Part shown: in pieces, positions 19,778 to 29,342 of the stretch
Numbering within the stretch: the first letter of the stretch is position 1
Layout of the letters: the number at the start of each line of letters is the position of its first letter
NCBI GenBank assembly: GCA_965116195.1
Contig: OZ220491.1
Span: forward strand, 1,085,080-1,149,079
Source of the DNA: Acidimicrobiales bacterium
GTDB lineage: Bacteria; Actinomycetota; Acidimicrobiia; Acidimicrobiales; Aldehydirespiratoraceae
DNA length: 64,000 nucleotides
Direction: 5' to 3'
Position numbers and translations under genes: made by a program
Notes under the pieces: generated by a model
The model's database searches: none
Told to the model about the DNA's origin: nothing
The model's input: the letters and a program-made list of their open reading frames with translations, nothing else

Positions 19778-21162
19778 TGAACGCATACCCTAGCTATCGC
19801 AACAGCGGTGTGGATGTGCTCGGCGAGGTTCCTGAGCATTGGAAACTTCGGTTGCTTAAGCATGTAGCGTCGTACCGTACTAGCAGTGTAGACAAGAAGG
19901 CATCTGACGGTGAGATACGCGTTAGGTTATGTAACTATACTGACGTCCACGATAGGGATCGTATTCGGATAGACGAAGGCGACTTTATGATAGCAACTGC
20001 ATCGCCGTTGGAACTGTCTCGCTTTAAGTTGGCTGTGGGTGACGTTCTTATTACCAAGGATGCCGAAATCGGAGTACCGGCACTTATCGAGGAGGTTTCC
20101 GATGATTTTGTTTGTGGATATCATCTCGGAATTGTTAGACCTAATGATCCAACATATTCAGGATTTGTGTTTTGGATGATACAATCAGCCGGCACCCGTT
20201 GGTACTTTAGAGGTTGCGGTGTCGGAGTTACTTTGATGGGGTTGCCTACCTATGCAGTAGTCAACCTTCCTTGCGCCGTTCCGCCGGTGGAAGAGCAGCG
20301 GGCTATTGTTGAGTATCTTGATGGTGAAACCGAGAAGATTGATACCTTGGTGGCGAAGAAGCGACTGCTACTGGAACGGTTGGCTGAGTATCGCAAGGCT
20401 CTGATCACTGGTGCGGTGACTCGCGGTCTGCCACCCGAGGTTGCGCTGGCTGCTGGGTTTGATCCGTCACCGCCGCTCAAGCCTTCGGGTGTGGATTGGC
20501 TTGGAGACGTTCCCGCTCACTGGGACGTTCGGCAACTCGGGCGAATTGGTGTGTTTTTCAAGGGAGCAGGTGGCACCAAGGAGGATGAAATCGAAGCGGG
20601 CTTGCCATGTGTTCGATACGGAGATCTTTACACTTATCATCAGTGTTTTGTGAAGGATACACGTGCTGACATTAGAGCTGAAGTAGTCGTATCGTACCGT
20701 GAACTTCGTTATGCCGATGTCTTGTTTGCTGGTTCCGGCGAGACGATTGAAGACATAGGTAAGTCTGCTGTTAACCTTATTGATGGTCCTGCCTACTGTG
20801 GCGGTGACGTGATCGTGCTTCGTCCTTGTATCGAGGTGGATGCTACCTTTCTCGGATATGCGACCGACTGCCATATCGCTACCTACCAGAAAGCTTGTAT
20901 GGGTCGAGGTGTAACCGTGATGCACATCTACAGCAGTGAACTCAAGTACCTGATTATTCTGCTGCCGCCGGTGGAGGAGCAGCGGGCGATTGCTGCGTTT
21001 CTTGATGAACGTACTGGGCGGATTGATCGGTTGTGCTTGAAGGTTGAGGAAGCGATTGAACGGTTACATGAGTATCGGACAGCGCTGGTGACGGCGGCAG
21101 TCACCGGCAAGATTGATGTTCGGGATGTACCCGCAGTCAAGGCCAAGAGTGTCAACAAATGA
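19774..21162 (+). CDS. hsdS: Type I restriction-modification system, specificity subunit (two target-recognition domains)
   Basis: 462 aa. ATG overlaps the hsdM stop (ATGATGA). Two conserved helical spacers: PPVEEQRAIVEYLDGETEKIDTLVAKKRLLLERLAEYRKALITGAVTRG and PPVEEQRAIAAFLDERTGRIDRLCLKVEEAIERLHEYRTALVTAAVTGKIDV. Confidence 0.93.
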   Translation: MMNAYPSYRNSGVDVLGEVPEHWKLRLLKHVASYRTSSVDKKASDGEIRVRLCNYTDVHDRDRIRIDEGDFMIATASPLELSRFKLAVGDVLITKDAEIGVPALIEEVSDDFVCGYHLGIVRPNDPTYSGFVFWMIQSAGTRWYFRGCGVGVTLMGLPTYAVVNLPCAVPPVEEQRAIVEYLDGETEKIDTLVAKKRLLLERLAEYRKALITGAVTRGLPPEVALAAGFDPSPPLKPSGVDWLGDVPAHWDVRQLGRIGVFFKGAGGTKEDEIEAGLPCVRYGDLYTYHQCFVKDTRADIRAEVVVSYRELRYADVLFAGSGETIEDIGKSAVNLIDGPAYCGGDVIVLRPCIEVDATFLGYATDCHIATYQKACMGRGVTVMHIYSSELKYLIILLPPVEEQRAIAAFLDERTGRIDRLCLKVEEAIERLHEYRTALVTAAVTGKIDVRDVPAVKAKSVNK

Positions 21163-24100
21163 CGAAGCAGACGACGGAGTATGCGTTCGAGTCTGTGGCA
21201 GAGTCGATGCTTGTAGAGGGAGGTTGGCGTGTAGGTGACCGGGCGGAGTGGGATGTGGAACGGGCGTTGTTCCCTGAGCGTGTGGTTGCCTTCATTGAAG
21301 CTACGCAGACTGAGTTGTGGGCGCAGTTGACTCAGTTGCACGGGGACACCCTTGCCGAGTCGTTGATGGAGCAACTGGTTCGCGAACTGGACACCAAAGG
21401 AACTCTGGAGGTGATACGTCGTGGGTTCAAGTTCTGGGGCAAGACGCTGAAGTTGGCGTACTTTCGTCCGGCGCACGGCTTGAACCCCGAGGCGCAGGCA
21501 CGGTTCGAACGCAACGAACTGACTGTCACTCGTCAGATACGGTGTCATCCCGGCAAAGGTGACACGGTGGATATGGTGCTTGCGCTCAACGGACTACCGA
21601 TAGCGACCTGCGAACTCAAGAACCCCATGACCGGCCAGAGCTGGCGCAACGCAATCCAGCAGTATCGCAATAATCGGGATCCCGGCGTGGCTCTGTTTCG
21701 TTTTACCAGGCGTACTCTTGTGCATTTTGCGGCGGATTGCGATGAGGTGCATATGACGACGCGCCTTGCCAAGAACAAGACCCGCTTCCTGCCATTCAAC
21801 CGAGGTAGCGCGCCAGGCGAAGTACGCTGCGGAAAGGGCAACCCGGCTCACTCGTCGGGATATCGCAGTGGCTATTTCTGGCGGGAGGTTCTTCAGCGTG
21901 AGAGTTTCTTGGACATTGTGGGTTCATACATCTTTGTGGAGTCTCGCACCGAGAAGGTCTACGGTGCCAAGGGCGCACGCACTGAGACTCACAAGACCCT
22001 GGTGTTTCCTCGCTATCACCAACTTGACGCAGTTACCAAGCTCATTCACGCTGCCCGTGGTGACGGGCCGGGGCGCAACTATCTGATCCAACATTCTGCA
22101 GGCAGTGGCAAAACCAACAGCATTTCATGGTTGTCGCACCGCTTGGCGAGCCTGCACACCACCGAAGACCAGAAGGTCTTTGACTGCGTGGTGGTGATCA
22201 CCGACAGGCGTGTGCTGGATCAGCAGTTGCAGCAGGCGATCTATCAGATTGAACACACCCACGGTGTCGTCAAGGCCATTGAACAAGACTCCCAGCAACT
22301 CGCCGAGGCCCTTGTTGACGGCACCAAGATCGTGATCACCACGCTTCAGAAGTTCCCGTTTGTGATGCGGCGACTGCTGATGATGGCTGGCGCAGAAGGC
22401 GACACTCCAACGGCTGCGCAAGCCCAACAGGCCGAACAGTGGCGCACTCAGATCGCTCAACGGAAATACGCAGTGATCGTGGACGAGGCACACTCAAGCC
22501 AAAGCGGCGAAAGCGCTCGCGAGATGAAAGCAGTACTTGGAGCACGCTCCCAAGCCGCTCAAGCCGAAGCCGAAAGCGGTGAAGCAGACTGGGAGGACAG
22601 CCTCAACGCAATGATGGAGTCACGGGGCGCGCAACCCAACTTGTCATTCTTCGCGTTCACGGCCACCCCCAAAGCCAAGACCATCGAATTGTTCGGCGCA
22701 GTGGGTAGGTCGGGCAAGCCGGAGCCGTTCCATGTTTACAGCATGCGTCAAGCCATTGAGGAAGGGTTCATTCTTGATGTGTTGAGCAACTACACCGACT
22801 ACAACACCTACTTCCGACTGTTGCAGCAGGCGGAGGAGGATGAGGATTTTCCCAAGCGTCGTACGTCTCGTGCTCTGGCGAGGTTTGTGAGCTTGCACCC
22901 GCACAACCTCGCCCAGAAGACAGAGGTGATCGTTGAGCACTTCCGCAACCACATCCGGCACCGCATCAACGGCAAAGCCAAAGCCATGTTGGTCACCTCG
23001 TCCCGATTGCATGCGGTACGTTACATGCAAGCCTTTCAGCAATACATCAAAGATCGTGGCTACACCGATGTGTACCCACTGGTCGCATTCAGCGGGACCG
23101 TCACCGATCCCGATACCGGCGAGGAGTTCACCGAGCCGTCAATGAACATTGATGTCGTCACAGACAAGCCGATCAGCGAAGCTGCGTTGCCGAGTCGGTT
23201 TGCTTCACCCGACTACCAGATACTGCTTGTGGCCGAGAAGTACCAGACCGGGTTTGACCAGCCACTGCTGCAAGCGATGTATGTGGACAAACGGCTTGAC
23301 GGGGTGCAGGCCGTGCAGACACTGTCACGACTCAACCGCACCGCTACGGGCAAGCAGGCCCCCTTCGTGTTGGACTTTGTCAACGATCCTGAGGACATTC
23401 GAGCTGCCTTCGAGCCTTACTACGACCAGACCCAACTGGAGGATCGCTCCGACCCCTATCAACTCAACAGGCTCCAGCACCAACTTGACATGGCGCAGGT
23501 CTATCACGATGTCGAAGTTCTGGCGTTTGCGCAGTTCTTTTTCCGTGCTCCCATCCAGCAGCGACCCGACGACCACGCCCAGCTCGAAGCTGCACTCCAG
23601 CCTGCGTGTGACCGCTTTGATGCGCTTGACGAAGAGCATCAGAGCGAGTTTCGTGACCGGCTCAGTGCGTTTGTGAACCTCTACACATTCCTGAGTCAGA
23701 TCATCCCCTACACCGACAGTGACTTTGAACGTCTGTACGCGTTCGGCAAGGCTCTGTTGCCACGTCTGCGTCCCGATCGTGATGCGGTTCGTCTGGCTGA
23801 TGACATCGAACTTGAGTACTACCGGCTTCAGAAGCGCTCGTCGGGCAGTATCAGTCCCGGAGATGATGACGAAGCCACAGTCAAACCACCCACAGAGGTC
23901 GGTACCGGTGACCCCGAAGAGCCCACCGCACCGCTGTCTGAGATCATTGAGCGTCTCAATGACCGGTTCGGCACCGACTTCACCGACTCAGACCGCTTGT
24001 TTCTCCAACAAATCCAACACGATGCCATCAACCAGGAGGACATCCGCCGCATCGCCTTGGCCAATCCGTTCGACAAGTTCAGCCTCAGTATCCGACCACA

Positions 24101-24260
24101 ACTCGAAGGACTCCTGATCAAGCGCATGGCCGAAAACGACTCTCTCGTGTCCCGGACTTTCAACGACCCCGAGTTTCAGGAAATCGTCTACAGCGGACTC
24201 CTGCAAGCGATCTTCGATTCCGTTACCGAAAAAGACGAACCAGCCAGCCTCAACGTTTGA
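21159..24260 (+). CDS. hsdR: Type I restriction-modification system, restriction/helicase subunit
   Basis: 1033 aa. ATGA overlap with hsdS. Walker A HSAGSGKTNS and DEAH box VIVDEAHSSQ. N-terminal nuclease-like region. Confidence 0.93.
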   Translation: MTKQTTEYAFESVAESMLVEGGWRVGDRAEWDVERALFPERVVAFIEATQTELWAQLTQLHGDTLAESLMEQLVRELDTKGTLEVIRRGFKFWGKTLKLAYFRPAHGLNPEAQARFERNELTVTRQIRCHPGKGDTVDMVLALNGLPIATCELKNPMTGQSWRNAIQQYRNNRDPGVALFRFTRRTLVHFAADCDEVHMTTRLAKNKTRFLPFNRGSAPGEVRCGKGNPAHSSGYRSGYFWREVLQRESFLDIVGSYIFVESRTEKVYGAKGARTETHKTLVFPRYHQLDAVTKLIHAARGDGPGRNYLIQHSAGSGKTNSISWLSHRLASLHTTEDQKVFDCVVVITDRRVLDQQLQQAIYQIEHTHGVVKAIEQDSQQLAEALVDGTKIVITTLQKFPFVMRRLLMMAGAEGDTPTAAQAQQAEQWRTQIAQRKYAVIVDEAHSSQSGESAREMKAVLGARSQAAQAEAESGEADWEDSLNAMMESRGAQPNLSFFAFTATPKAKTIELFGAVGRSGKPEPFHVYSMRQAIEEGFILDVLSNYTDYNTYFRLLQQAEEDEDFPKRRTSRALARFVSLHPHNLAQKTEVIVEHFRNHIRHRINGKAKAMLVTSSRLHAVRYMQAFQQYIKDRGYTDVYPLVAFSGTVTDPDTGEEFTEPSMNIDVVTDKPISEAALPSRFASPDYQILLVAEKYQTGFDQPLLQAMYVDKRLDGVQAVQTLSRLNRTATGKQAPFVLDFVNDPEDIRAAFEPYYDQTQLEDRSDPYQLNRLQHQLDMAQVYHDVEVLAFAQFFFRAPIQQRPDDHAQLEAALQPACDRFDALDEEHQSEFRDRLSAFVNLYTFLSQIIPYTDSDFERLYAFGKALLPRLRPDRDAVRLADDIELEYYRLQKRSSGSISPGDDDEATVKPPTEVGTGDPEEPTAPLSEIIERLNDRFGTDFTDSDRLFLQQIQHDAINQEDIRRIALANPFDKFSLSIRPQLEGLLIKRMAENDSLVSRTFNDPEFQEIVYSGLLQAIFDSVTEKDEPASLNV

Positions 24261-24456
24261 TCTGAGTTCGGCCAACAGGGTTCGTCACCCACCCCGCCGT
24301 CCGGCAGCGAGTTGTCCAGGTCTCACCTCGGGTTCACCTGGGTGTTTGCCAACATGTTCTCCACTGAGTCTGCGGGTACTGTCAGCGCACATTGGTCTTA
24401 TCCGTGACGATCTGCCTGTGACGATGACTTCTAGCCTTCCGTCCCACAAACAACTC

Positions 24457-24661
24457 CATCTCCCCGCGGGGGAGGGGGGCGTTGCGGCCTGGCCTCGTGG
24501 ACGGCGTGTCCCCTGGGTCATCTCCCTGCGGGGGAGGAGGGCATTGCCTGTTACAAATGCTCTCAAGCTCAGCATCTCCCCGCGGGGGAGGTGTCTCAGC
24601 ACCCTTCTCGCCGTTGATCATCCACCAGTCACCCTCGCATCTCCCCGGGTGGGTTACTACC
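24457..24661. repeat. Four copies of a ~29-bp hairpin-containing repeat separated by unrelated 25-37 nt segments (CRISPR-like or REP-like)
   Basis: CATCTCCC(C/T)GCGGGGGAGG(G/A)GGGC(G/A)TTGC occurs at 24457 and 24519. 3'-diverged copies occur at 24573 and 24638. The core CTCCCC-GCG-GGGGAG is an inverted repeat. Confidence 0.6.
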
Positions 24662-24689
24662 TACGACGACGGTGACTTGACCCTCCAGT

Positions 24690-24890
24690 GATCCTCCCAG
24701 GGAGCGGGTGCTAACCACATTGTGCCTCGAACCCCGGAAGCACAGCAATCCTGCTCCCAGGGGGCGAGTGCTAACCACATTGTGCCTCGAACCCCGGCAG
24801 CACAGCAATCCTGCTCCCAGGGGGCGAGTGCTAACCACATTGTGCCTCGAACCCCGGCAGCACAGCAATCCTGCTCCCAGGGGGCGGACT
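24690..24890. repeat. 60-bp tandem repeat x ~3.3
   Basis: GTGCTAACCACATTGTGCCTCGAACCCCGG occurs at 24708, 24768 and 24828. Confidence 0.92.
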
Positions 24891-25056
24891 TCTTGCTATC
24901 GGTCCTTACCGGGTTTCTGGTTGACCAAGACGGTAGGTGGAGGTCCCTCGGGGGAGAGGAAGGATGATCCTGGAAACTCAAGAAATATTTGATAATATCC
25001 TGAAATATGCTGTAAGCGGGTGGGTGATGTCATAGGGGGTTGATATAGTACAGGTC

Positions 25057-27030
25057 ATGTTGATGGAAGTCGCAGGCCGGGCTGAGGCCACTGTCAAAGA
25101 GATGCTCAACGTTGCTCATGCGGGAGGCACCTCAACTGTTGAGTTGCGTGACGTGTTGGCAGTGACCAAACGTATTGCCGCGGTGGTCGCGACCGTTCAA
25201 ACCCATCTTGCTTCGGCTGTCGCTGTGACTGAGCGTCATGGCGACGGCGGCACCGAGGTGCTTGCAGAGACCACGGGGTTGACGCGTCGTGAGGCGCGTG
25301 GGCAGGTCAAAACCGCCAAAACGATTGCCGGGTTGCCTTCGGTTCGTGACGCGGTAGCGCAGGGTCGGGTGTCTTTGGCCAACGCCAAACGGTTGGCTGA
25401 CGCGGTTGAGCGCACCAGCGCCGGTGCGGTTGAAGCTGACGGCGGGTTGTTGAAGATGGCGGAGTCGTTGCGGGCTGAGCAGTTCACCAAAGAAGCCCGT
25501 CGCTGGATTGCTGAGCAACAAGACGATGGTGGTGAGGCTGATCATCAACGCATGCGAGCCAAACGCTGTGTGCGCGTCTGGGACAACGACAACGGCATGG
25601 TCGAGTTGCACGGCACGTTTGATCCCCTCACCGGCAAACGCATAGGCAACCGGCTACGAGCCGAAGCAAACCGCCTGTACCAAAACGACAAAAAACACGC
25701 CGCACAGCAAGACCAACACGAACGCAGCAACCAGCAACAGGACGAGACCAACGGGCAGCGCCACAAAGAAGCTGACAACAACAGACGTGACAGCACACCC
25801 AACAGCAGTAGATCCGGTAGCCACCAACGCGGCCGAGCACCCGGCAACAGTAAAGCAAGCGACAGGCGGCGGAGTTTCGATCAGTGCATGGCTGACGCAT
25901 TGGACAACCTCACCTCAAACACCGTCACAGGCCCAAGTGCCAGCACCGACTCGGGAAGTGCTGCTCGCACAGGAACGACCGGCGGCACTGCTGGACCAAC
26001 CAACCCGAGCAAAACGCCCCGCAACGGCACGAGAAGCGTTGACGCGGGAACGGTTATCGACAACGGAACTGTCAGTGAAATAGGAGCGGGCAGTGCTGCA
26101 GGCTCCGGCACCCGGGCGGCTATCGGCAATTCTCAGAGGGCTCGCGATGGCACCGGTAGCGTTGATGTTGACACTGGAGCGGTCTTCGGTAACGGTGTTG
26201 TCAATGAAATGGGCGCGGGCAGTGCTGCTGGCTCTGAAGCGGTCATCGGCAACGGTCAGAGAGCTTGCCCCACTACGAGGAGCGCTGATACTGGAGCAGT
26301 TATCGGTAACGGTGATGTTGAGGGTACCGGTAACGGCTCCGGCCAGAGTTCTTGTGCTGAGTGTGGTGCTGAAACAGGAGCCCACACGAGTGCGGACAGT
26401 CAACCGGCCTTGGGTCGGGCGTTTGCGGATATTTGTGTGATTGTTCAAGTGGATGCTGTGACCGGTGAACTTGTGGCGCAACTACCTGATGGTGAACGGT
26501 TGCCAGCCAGTGTCTTGGAAAAGCTCACCTGCAATGCCCGGATCTCTGTGATTTTGTCCACTGCCAGAGGCCAACCCATCTGGCGTGCTATCGCTGCTCG
26601 TGCTGCTTCTGATACACAACGACGACTTCTGCTGGCGCGCTGGGGTGGGTGCTTCCACTGCGCAGCACACCCCGCGATGTGTCAGATCCATCACATCGTG
26701 CCCGTGGCACAAGGCGGCGAAACCAAAATCGACAACCTGATCCCGGTGTGCTGGGACTGCCACGACCTGATCCACCACAACCACTGGCAAATCCACAAAC
26801 ACCCCAAAGGAAACCACACCCTGCACCCACCTGATCCGTATCATCACGGACCCGCCCACGCACCCGAACAACCCCTGCTCTTCACACAAACCGCCCCCGA
26901 CCCCAACAACGACAACAGCCGCTTGCCTGCATCACAAACCCCTGCACTCGAGTTCAATGCACCTGCCATACATGAAACACACAAGGGTACTCCAACTGCC
27001 AAGCCTCCAGAATCTTCAGCACAGAAATGA
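25057..27030 (+). CDS. DUF222/HNH endonuclease family protein (mycobacterial REP13E12-type) with internal Gly/Ala/Ser-rich repeats
   Basis: 657 aa. The N-terminal part is DUF222-like. The C-terminal HNH is CFHCAAHPAMCQIHHIVPVAQGGETKIDNLIPVCWDCHDLIHH. Internal repeats are of the form (A/V)IGNG...GAGSAAGS. Confidence 0.85.
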   Translation: MLMEVAGRAEATVKEMLNVAHAGGTSTVELRDVLAVTKRIAAVVATVQTHLASAVAVTERHGDGGTEVLAETTGLTRREARGQVKTAKTIAGLPSVRDAVAQGRVSLANAKRLADAVERTSAGAVEADGGLLKMAESLRAEQFTKEARRWIAEQQDDGGEADHQRMRAKRCVRVWDNDNGMVELHGTFDPLTGKRIGNRLRAEANRLYQNDKKHAAQQDQHERSNQQQDETNGQRHKEADNNRRDSTPNSSRSGSHQRGRAPGNSKASDRRRSFDQCMADALDNLTSNTVTGPSASTDSGSAARTGTTGGTAGPTNPSKTPRNGTRSVDAGTVIDNGTVSEIGAGSAAGSGTRAAIGNSQRARDGTGSVDVDTGAVFGNGVVNEMGAGSAAGSEAVIGNGQRACPTTRSADTGAVIGNGDVEGTGNGSGQSSCAECGAETGAHTSADSQPALGRAFADICVIVQVDAVTGELVAQLPDGERLPASVLEKLTCNARISVILSTARGQPIWRAIAARAASDTQRRLLLARWGGCFHCAAHPAMCQIHHIVPVAQGGETKIDNLIPVCWDCHDLIHHNHWQIHKHPKGNHTLHPPDPYHHGPAHAPEQPLLFTQTAPDPNNDNSRLPASQTPALEFNAPAIHETHKGTPTAKPPESSAQK

Positions 27031-27057
27031 CAAAGGCCCCTAACCAAACCCTGAACC

Positions 27058-27801
27058 TCAACAGTTCATTGATTCCACTGTCCCATCGGCTTTGATCCAG
27101 TTAGAAACGCTGCGGCACTCAGTACCACCTTCCGACAGTTGATCACTGCCTTTCGAGAGTTGATCAAGGCTACCCCAGCCCGAGAGATGTGCACAGTCGA
27201 CAGAGCTAGCGCCAAAGAAGAGAAATGGCATCCGATAGTAGTCCGCTATGCTTACGCCTAAGGAAGCGGCCGCTTCTGCAGTATAGGTGCCCTCTGCGAC
27301 AGTATGTTCGATACCGCCGCTGAACGCACTTATACTTATGCGGTAACCATCTTCGGCGCTGTCCTCGTAACAGTATCCCCATAGATTTGCATTGCGTGGT
27401 GCGCTTGTCTGCACCACGTTCGTGACTTCTACCTTGTTTTCCGTGTAAGCGGCAACAGTCAACGCGGCCAGCAGCGCTGTTATCAGTACGGCTGACACAG
27501 CAAGAATACGGCTGGTGAGCTTGGATACCGGGCGGTATGTAACTGGTGCCGGTTGGTCAATCTGTTCAGACTGGGGTTCTTCTGTGATTGTGGTAACTTC
27601 AGGTGAGTCGGTCTGGGGTTCCCCTGCTGACGCGGTGGCACCCGGTGCGTCGGGATCCGCCTCACTTGTGCGCGGCATGATGTCCGCTGGTGTTGCGCGC
27701 TGGCCTCCAGAGTCAAACCGGGCCTCCTGCTCAGACATGGTTGCCTCAGGCGAGGCGGGTTGGTCTTCCGAGTTGGGCTGGGTTTCTTCCGTAGCCATCA
27801 T
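27058..27801 (-). CDS. Single-pass membrane protein of unknown function, paralog A
   Basis: Part of ORF 27058..27948. Start MMATEETQPNSEDQ with GGGAG SD. Acidic/Pro-rich N-terminus. TM helix ILAVSAVLITALLAALTVAAY. Cys-containing C-terminal domain (GYCYEDSAEDGYRISISAFSGGIEHTVAEGTY...). Confidence 0.65.
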   Translation of the reverse strand: MMATEETQPNSEDQPASPEATMSEQEARFDSGGQRATPADIMPRTSEADPDAPGATASAGEPQTDSPEVTTITEEPQSEQIDQPAPVTYRPVSKLTSRILAVSAVLITALLAALTVAAYTENKVEVTNVVQTSAPRNANLWGYCYEDSAEDGYRISISAFSGGIEHTVAEGTYTAEAAASLGVSIADYYRMPFLFFGASSVDCAHLSGWGSLDQLSKGSDQLSEGGTECRSVSNWIKADGTVESMNC

Positions 27802-28103
27802 GTCTCCCTGAGTGTCGGGTTGGTCTTCCGCAACAATACGAGTCGCTGCGAAATCGTGGTTTAGGTTGGTTGCAGTTCTTGTGTGAGGGGTCAAGGCCCT
27901 GCCAGGTGTCGATGTCGAAAGTCGAGCCACTTCCATTGGTGGTTGCATCAGAGGTGATCGTAGGTGGTCTGATTGGGTTTACTAAAAGTCTCGCCTCGTT
28001 TTGACCGCTGGTGGGCTGCAATCCTGGTGAGCCGCTCCGATAGTCTCTTGCCCTCAACTTGAATTTCTGTGCGCGTATCAAACATATGAATCGCTCAAGT
28101 TCA

Positions 28104-29015
28104 CTATCTCCAGCCGGAAAGGTGTGCACAGTCGCTAGTGGTGGAACCAGATCTGTCGCCAAACTCAAGGTACGGCCTCTGGTAATATTCAGCCATTGCC
28201 ACGCCTATCCCGGCAGCCCCTTCTGGGGTAAAGCTACCCTCTGCGACAGTGTGTTGAATGCCTCCGCTATACGCAACTATGCTGACGCGGTAACCATCGC
28301 CGAAACTGCTCTCGTAGCAGTGTCCCGTTACTGCTGCATTACGTGGTGCGCCTGTCTGCACCACGTTTGTGACCTCAACTTCTCTTACCGGGTTCGTGAC
28401 CTCAACTTCGGTTACGGGGTTTGTGACCTCAACCTCGGTCACTGGGTTCGCGACCTTGACCTCATTCACGGGGTTTGCGATCTCTACCTCCGTGACAGGG
28501 TTCGTGACCTCGACCTCGGTTACGGGGTTCGTGACCTCGACCTCGGTTACCGGGTTTGCGACGGTCACGGGGAGCGATGCCACTCTTTCTATCTCGGACA
28601 ATGCTTGTGGTATCACTGTGTAAGCAGCAACTGTCAGCGCTGCAAGCAGCGCGGTTATCAGCACGGCTGACACGGCGAGAATGCGGCTGGTGAGCTTAGA
28701 TATCGGGCGGTATGTAACTGGTGCGGGCTGGTCGACTTGCTCAGATGGGGGAAGATCTTCTGTGGATGCGGAAGCTTCAGGTGAGTCGAGCTGGGGTTCC
28801 CCTGATGACATGGAGGTTTCAGGCGAGATCGACTGGGGTTCCCCTGATGACGCGGAGGCACCTGGCGAGCCGGAATCTGCTCGTCCTGCAGGCATTATGT
28901 CCTCTGGTGTGGCGGGCCGGTCTCCGGTGTCAAACCGGGCCTCCTGCGCAGGCATGGTGGCCTCAGGCGAGTCGGGATGGTCTTCCGAGTTGGGCTGGGT
29001 TTCTTCCGTGGCCAT
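28104..29015 (-). CDS. Single-pass membrane protein of unknown function, paralog B (with 7 x NPVTEVEVT repeats)
   Basis: Part of ORF 28104..29213. Start MATEETQPNSEDHP with AGGAG SD. The TM helix and C-terminal domain are nearly the same as in paralog A. Confidence 0.65.
   Translation of the reverse strand: MATEETQPNSEDHPDSPEATMPAQEARFDTGDRPATPEDIMPAGRADSGSPGASASSGEPQSISPETSMSSGEPQLDSPEASASTEDLPPSEQVDQPAPVTYRPISKLTSRILAVSAVLITALLAALTVAAYTVIPQALSEIERVASLPVTVANPVTEVEVTNPVTEVEVTNPVTEVEIANPVNEVKVANPVTEVEVTNPVTEVEVTNPVREVEVTNVVQTGAPRNAAVTGHCYESSFGDGYRVSIVAYSGGIQHTVAEGSFTPEGAAGIGVAMAEYYQRPYLEFGDRSGSTTSDCAHLSGWR
28367..28562. repeat. 27-bp in-frame tandem repeat x 7 within paralog B (NPVTEVEVT)
   Basis: GGGTT(C/T)GTGACCTC(A/G)ACCTCGGTTAC-type units read directly from the sequence. 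Confidence 0.9.
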
Positions 29016-29152
29016 GATGACTCCTGGGGTGTCGGATTGGTCAAGGACCACAGTACACAGGCACACTGACAGCACCCTTGTGACATACGTATCAATACCG
29101 GGTGGCTCTCGCCCATGTGACCGATCAGAAGGTTCGCGTTTGAACCGATCTG

Positions 29153-29340
29153 GTGCGATGGTTGCGGTGTGGCGGTTGGCTGTGCATGTGGTGTAGTTGC
29201 AAGTCGGTGGCAAGGATCATCAAGGGTGCGATGGTTGCGGTGTGGCGGTTGGCTGTGCATGTGGTGTAGTTGCAAGTCAGTGGCAAGGATCATCAAGGGT
29301 GCGATGGTTGCGGTGTAGGGGTTCGCTGTGCACGCTTAGG
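29153..29340. repeat. 73-bp tandem repeat x ~2.6 filling the divergent region between paralog B and trmI
   Basis: GTGCGATGGTTGCGGTG occurs at 29153, 29226 and 29299. Confidence 0.92.
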
Positions 29341-29342
29341 CC

